Source of the DNA: the human T2T-CHM13v2.0 reference genome, Homo sapiens
Length of the DNA: 64,000 nt
Assembly: GCF_009914755.1 (NCBI RefSeq)
Contig: NC_060930.1
Direction: 5' to 3' (one strand)
Shown here: positions 57,123-64,000 of the stretch, one piece after another
How the letters are laid out: every line of letters begins with the position of its first letter
Numbering within the stretch: the first letter of the stretch is position 1
The notes under the pieces: model-generated
Told to the model about the DNA's origin: nothing
The model's input: only the letters and a program-made list of their open reading frames with translations
Database searches by the model: none
Program-made: the position numbers and the translations under genes

Positions 57123-57865
57123 ACAAAAATATTTTTAAGGAGCCCACTAGGAGAGTGCTGAGTTTAAAATCTAAGTTCTTGTTTCTTTTTTCTTTTTCAC
57201 TGATGCATAATAGATGTACATAGTTTCAGGGTACATGTGATAGTTTAATGCATTCATATAATTGTGAAAATCAAATCAGCCTACTTGGAATATCTATCGC
57301 CTTAAATATTTGTTTTTGCTTTATGCTAGAACCGTTCCGATTCTTCTCTTCTAGCCATTTTGAAATATACAGTAGGCAATTGTCAACTATGATCTATGTA
57401 ACCCTAGGTCTTATTCCTTCTATCAAACCACGTATTTGTACCCTTCAATCAACTTCTCTTTCTCCCCCTCTCCCCGCTACATTTCCCCACCTCTGGTAAC
57501 CACGCGTCTACCCTCTGTCTTCACGAGAGCTACTTTTTTAGTAGGTGGGAGAGAACATTCAATGTTTGTCTTTCTGTGCTTGGCTTATTTCACTTAACAT
57601 AATGATCCCTAGTTCCATCTTGTACAAATAACAGGCTGTCGTTCCTCTGTATGGCTGAATAATATTCCACTGTGTATACACACCACGTTCTGTTTATCCA
57701 TCATCCGCTGATGAACTCAGAGGCTGATTCCGTATTTTGGCGATTGTGAGTAGTCCCGCAGTAAACATGAGAGTGCAGATGTCTTTACGATATATTGATT
57801 TTGTTTCTTTTGACTATAGGCCCAGTTAGTGAAATTACTGGATCATACAGCAGTTTTACTTTTAG

Positions 57866-58490
<625 letters not shown>

Positions 58491-59320
58491 CCTTTTGGTT
58501 TTTTGAGGAGCCTCCATCTGTTTTCCATAGTGGTTGTACTAATCAACGTTCCCACAACAGTGTGTGAGGGTCCCCCTTTCTCCACATCCTCGCCAGCATC
58601 CCTTATTCCCTGCGTTTTTGACGAAAGCCATTTTAACTGAGGTGAGAGAAGACCTCATTGCAGTTTTTTATTTGCGTTTCTCTGATGATTAGTGATGTTG
58701 AGCATTTTTTCATGTACCTGCTGGCCATTTGTACATCTTCTTTTGAGAAATGTCTACTCAGGTCTCTTGCCCATTTTAAAATTCGATTAATTGTTTGCTA
58801 TTGTTTGAGCTCCTGGTTATGAATCCCTTGTCAGGTGGGTAGCTTGCAAGTATTTTCTCCCATTCTGTGGGTTGTCTCTTCAGTTTGTTGACTTTTTCCT
58901 TTGGTCTGCAGAGGGTTCTTAGCTTGGTGTGATTTCACTTGTCTGTTTTTGCTTTGGTTGCCTGTGCTTTTGGGGCCCTACTGAAAAAGTCTTTGCTGAG
59001 AACAATGTCCTGGAGCACTTCCCTAATGTTTTCTTCCAGTAGTTTTATACTTTCAGGTCTCAGTTTTACCTTTAATCCATTCTGATTTGATTTCTGTGTA
59101 TGGTAAGAGAGACGGGTCTAGTTTCATTCTTCTGCATATCTTTATCTAGTTTCCCCTGCACCACTTATGGAAGAGACCGTCCTTTCGCTCGTATGTTGTT
59201 GGTGCCTTTGCTGAAGATGAGCTGGCTGTAAATGTGTGGATTTATATCTGGGTTCTCTATTCTGTTCCACTGGTCTATGTGTCTGTTTTACGTGATTACC
59301 AGGCTGATTACCAGGCTGAT

Positions 59321-59597
59321 AGGTTGGCTCATGCCTGTAATCCCAGTACCTTTGGAGGCCCAGGTGGGAGGATCACTTGAAGCCAGGACTTCAAAACCAG
59401 CCTGGGCAACAAAGCAGGACCCCATCTCTACAATGTTTTAAAAAATTATTTGGTGCAGTGGCATACACCTGTAGGAGGCTGAGGTGGGAGGATCCTTTGA
59501 GCCTAGGAGTTTGAGGCTGCTCTGAGCTGTGATTGTGCTACTGCACTCCAGCCTGGTTGACAGAGCAAGGCCCTGTCTCTTAAAAAAAAAAAAAAAA
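59321..59597 (+). mobile_element. AluJ
   Basis: GGAGGATCACTTGAAGCCAGG...GAGCTGTGATTGTGCTACTGCACTCC + polyA. Confidence 0.85.
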
Positions 59598-59862
59598 CTA
59601 TTGCAAGAGGAGAGAGAGAGACTGAATTCAACTCTCAATACAACAGAGACAAGTGGGGATAGCCAATGAGCAGGGTGAGGGAGGTGATGAAAAGTTGTTG
59701 AAAGGAGCTTGGTTAGTTAGCAAGGGTGGGGAAGATTCTCACTAAGGACCTTAGCAGCATTCCTTGCTAGCACTGAGCTCAGCAGGCCAAGGATGAGGCT
59801 TCATCAAGGAGAAGGCTCAAAGGAGCCTGAGTGGAGTTTGGTCAAGGAGAGCGTCTTTGTCA
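59598..59862 (-). mobile_element. MER31-like ERV1 LTR fragment
   Basis: AGGAGCCTGAGTGGAGTTTGGTCAAGGAGAGCGTCTTTGTCA terminus. Confidence 0.6.
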
Positions 59863-61232
59863 TCCTTGCAATGACTCATTTTATAGGTAATTAAGTAGGG
59901 GGTTCAGACAGGTCAAAGACTTACCAAAAAGAGGAAATTGTGTCCATGTGGCTGGTGGCTCACCCCAGGAACTGACAGTGGCTTACTCTCAGAAACTCAG
60001 AGTGTGCGTGTCTCTTTGAATCCGTATCTGTGTGTGGGTGGGTGTGTCTGTCTGTGTGCGTGCCTCAGTCTCTTCTGAATTTCTCTCCCAATCCCCGTCT
60101 CTCTTTCCTCGGGTTGGTGTTTCCCTCCTGCTGGCCTCTGGCCAGCTATTTCTGGAAGTGTCAGCTGCTCTGTCTTCCTGCCCCTGTCTCCACCATCACG
60201 TCTGTGTCTGACTCCCTTTCTTTCCCATACAAAACCCCTAATGGAAGTCCTACTGTTTCTGTAACTGGCCACTGCCTATAACAAATCTTTGCTTAGGTTG
60301 TGTTTCTTTGTAGAATAGACTGATGTACTGTGTGCTTGATTTTTACAAGATGAGCACAATACCTTATCTTTCTTCTTTATTAAAAAAAAGGAAAAATCCA
60401 AACACAAGATTAATATCTCGTCTTGGACTGTGCCCCGCTCGAGCCTCTCCACATGCAGCCGGAAGGAAAGTGGAGGGAGCTGCTCCTTTCCGTAGCCGGG
60501 GTGCCCACCCCAACCAGGCTGCCTCTGCCACCCAAGACAGAGGTTCTCTGATAATAATTTGTGGGGCTTGTTTCCAGAGACCACACCTGAAGCTGCCAAC
60601 TCCCCGGAGGGAAGGTCCTGATTAATGGCCGATGAATTTCTCCTTAAGGCCCTGAAACTGCCTACTCAGAACCAAGCCAGTTTTTCCTGCCTGTCCTGTT
60701 TGGGCAGGCAGAGGAGGCAGCTAGAAACCCATTATGCAGGGGATGGGGGTAAGTGGAGGAGGGAGGGGTCGGGGGAGGAGTGGGGAGGAGGAGGAGGGAA
60801 ACAGGAAACCCCAGGCTTTGGCTATGATGGGGTCAGCCTTTCTACACCATTCCGGGATGCTGGTGTCCACCACTGCTGCCTGGGCACGGGGAACAGAGAA
60901 TCTGCCTGGTGGGAGCAGACAAGAGGTTCGAGGACCAGAGCTCATCCTCTTCGGTGTGTGCCTGGGAGGAGGTGTAGGTGCAGCCAGTGGGGTATGATTA
61001 AAAAGAAGGGACGCGAGTTTAGGGGACAGCCGCCCACGTGCACCAGCTCTCCGTGTGCCAAAATCTTGCCTGTCAGGGACCAGGATCCCACTTCACAGTT
61101 AGCAAATAGCAGCTCAGGGACATTAAGCAACTCGCCCAGCATCCCACCAGCAGACAGTCTCACCTTCAGGGTCGTCTGTGTCTGTTAAAGTCGAGTCTAG
61201 TTTCGGGTCTCAGAGCACCTCCCTAAAGCTGC

Positions 61233-62527
61233 CGTAAACCAAGAATAAAATTCTAAGCCCCACAGCCGATCGCGTGGACCCCGCCTCTGGGCCAAAGGGA
61301 TTCCAGAGAAACCTGAAGAACTAGTTCAGGCCGTGATGAGGAGGAGTGGGGGCTGGACAGGCCTCATTGTACCCTCCTCCCTTTGGAATTTGGGCAGAAC
61401 TGACCAGAACCAACATTAAAAGAGAGATCTGAAGACTGACAAGGCTCTCTAGCAATAAGATACCAAATTCCAACCTGACTCCAGTGCAGCATCACATGAC
61501 AGACAGAGGCCATGAAATCAATATTTTACCTCAAAATATATTTCTTTGACATACTTTGAAATGGCCCTGCCAAGCTGTCTCTTGTGGGGGACATTTACAT
61601 TCTGTAGAGAATCCCTTCCCTTTCCAGGTCTTTCTCTGATCCTGAAGACATTGGCTGAGAGCCTAGCACCTTCTATGGGTCTGAACAGGAAACATTTGCC
61701 ATCTATTGTCTCTAAGGGTGGCCACCTATGAAACTTCATCTACATAATAAGAACCTTGGTCTGCACAGTCTCTTATCTTAACCCAGACTCTCCTTTCTAT
61801 TGATAGCAGGTCTGTAGATAATAATTCTTTCAACCAACTGAGAATCAGAAAATCTTTGAATCTATCTATGACCTGTAAACCCCATTACTTTGAATTTTCC
61901 TCCTTCCAGACCAAACCAATGCACAACTCCTACGTACTGATGGTGGTCTTACGTTTCCCTAAGTTTCTGCCGACTAAACTGTGCACACATTCTCAGGACC
62001 TCCTGAAGCTGCGTCACAGGTGCTGATCAAAGAACACAACCAAGGTGAGTGTCAATCATTTCAAGAAATCTGTTTGCAAGGTTAAGGACACACCTGAGAA
62101 AAGAACAGAGAACCACAGGAAAAACTGTGGTCCGTGCTTTTCCCAAAGATTGTCTGGGGACCTCAGTAAGTAAAGGGGAGAAGTGTGGGTGTTGGGGAAA
62201 GGGGAAGAAGTGGAAAAAATGGGTGTGGGTAAATCAGAGGCAAATGGTTGCATTCTTCTGTCTTTGGTCAGCGTTCACTGAATACACATTTTACATGCGA
62301 TGGAGGTAGAGGCAGGGATGTAGCTTTTTTATCTTTGTGTAATAGCTATCTTATTTAGGAACCAGATGGGAAGCAGGTTTGCATAAGCCAGTTCCCAGCT
62401 TGGCTTTTCCCTTTGGCTTAGTGAGTCTGGGGTCCCAGGATTTATTTTCCGTTCTCACAGGTTGTGGTCCTCACATTTGGCTCAAAATATTCAAAATTTT
62501 TTCCAGAGTTTGGCCTTTTCTTCAGCA
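61233..62527 (+). mobile_element. MER4 (B/D-like) solo LTR interrupted by a second LTR
   Basis: GTAAACCAAGAATAAAATTCTAAGCCCC...TTCTCAGGACCTCCTGAAGCTGCGTCACAGG // GGTCCTCACATTTGGCTCA...CAGAGTTTGGCCTTTTCTTCAGCA. Confidence 0.8.
62021..62459 (-). mobile_element. Nested ERV1 LTR (MER83/MER84-like)
   Basis: Reverse complement begins TGTGAGAACGGAAAATAAATCCTGGGACCCCAGACTCACTAAGCCAAAGGGAAAAGCCAAGCTGGGAACTG. Confidence 0.7.
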
Positions 62528-62693
62528 CTGGGAATTGTGATCCAAAGCTTTTCCTGATGAGGCACAAAGTTGGAGAAACAAAACGCAAAGTAAACAACAA
62601 TGAAACAGAACAGAGTGAATCTGCTGTAGCTCAAGAGAGGACGTAGCTGCCCCCACTCCGCATCCCCGGGCTCGGGTTTGCCTTGCTGACCTC

Positions 62694-62712
62694 TGCTGCC
62701 ACCTGGTGCCGC
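62694..62712 (-). promoter_or_regulatory. CTCF-binding motif
   Basis: Minus strand GCGGCACCAGGTGGCAGCA matches the CTCF core (CCAGG[T/G]GGC). Confidence 0.7.
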
Positions 62713-62917
62713 ACAGAGAAACTGAGGAGAAACCACATCAGTCTCCTTCAGCCTCAGCTTCACATCTGTGGGTCAAGCAACCCTTTCAGAAGCTGTATAA
62801 TGTGGGAAAGCTTTCCTCTCAGGAAAATGCACACATCCAACTTTGAGAAGATGCCCTTGGGGGTGCTTCAAGGATCCTAGATAATAACCCCCTTTCCCGA
62901 ACATCCAAGAACCTAAG

Positions 62918-63212
<295 letters not shown>

Positions 63213-63554
63213 CAAGAACCCAACTTTTAGATCTAGAGTGATGTCAGCATGACATTGATTTCCTGAGGCCCAGGGGTGAAGGAGCTGAGGACAGCAGAGG
63301 GGTGAAGGAAGTCAGCTACAGACAGCAGCAGCTGATGCACAGGCCTCCCAGCGCCTGAAGTCACCCGGAATTGGGAAGTGCTCAGAAGCTTACAAAGCTG
63401 CCTCGAGGTGGGAACACAACATTAATCCAAGAGCAGATCCCTGATCCTATAAAAATGTACTAGATGCAGTGGGGGCATTTTAAATGAGCAGGGAAGGACA
63501 GACAGATAAACAGAAGGACAAACAGTATTGGGATTGGGATAAATGCTCAGCTTT

Positions 63555-64000
63555 TGCCCAAATCTTAGTGACTTAAGCATCACTTATTTGCTCACGATTC
63601 TGTGGCTGGACCATTTGGTTTGGCTCACAGGGCAGGGACTGTGCTGGTCTTACCTGAGCAGACCTGCATGTCTGCGGTCAACTGGGTTGGCAGAGACAGA
63701 GTGACTGTCTTCCTCCAGGAAGCAGCAGGTTAACTGGTTGGCAGAGACAGAGGGACTGAGGGACTGTCTCCCTCCAGGAAGCAGCAGGTTAACTGGTTGG
63801 CAGAGACAGAGGGACAGAGGGACTGTCTTCCTCCAGGAAGCAGCAGGTTGGCTCTGGTTCCTTCGTGGGGCAGCTGGTCTCCAGGGCAGCAAGAGAGACC
63901 AAGCCCCCGTGCACATTCTACAGCCTCTGTGCACATCAGACTTGTTAATATCCCATTGGCCAGTGCAAGTCACACGGCCAAGCCCAGATTAAGGAGTGGA
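63555..64000 (-). mobile_element. Old MLT1 (J-like) LTR, runs off the window
   Basis: CCCAAATCTTAGTGACTTAA...TCCCATTGGCCAGTGCAAGTCACACGGCCAAGCCCAGA. Confidence 0.6.
63680..63850. repeat. ~59-bp tandem repeat x3 inside MLT1
   Basis: AACTGGTTGGCAGAGACAGAG...CCTCCAGGAAGCAGCAGGTT three times. Confidence 0.9.

Overview
Human (primate) genomic DNA with no credible protein-coding gene, tRNA, rRNA or CRISPR array. Every long ORF in the track falls in a tandem repeat, Alu or low-complexity sequence. The window has two halves. The left half (1-32.3 kb) is CpG-poor, with Alus, MIR/L2 fragments and MaLR/ERV1 solo LTRs. The right half (32.3-64 kb) is richer in GC and CpG and holds several minisatellites: a 102-bp unit x~59, a 68-bp unit x10 with a CTCF-like motif in every copy, 79/52-bp units x15 and a 47-bp unit x18. 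It also contains old L1s, a Ricksha-like DNA transposon and MER4-group LTRs. From memory (not verified by a search), it resembles the multi-copy subtelomeric segmental-duplication block of distal 1p36.33 and its paralogs, in a copy lacking the mitochondrial insertion. AG/GT-bounded segments support a multi-exon, largely TE-derived + strand lncRNA and a possible antisense transcript. I did not find a new protein-based system. The most unusual signals are the tandem CTCF-motif array, a CpG-island-like patch inside an ancient L1, two VNTRs born inside one L1 3' end, and fold-back (template-switch) signatures. Repeat subfamily names are by-eye recognition and need RepeatMasker/Dfam confirmation.
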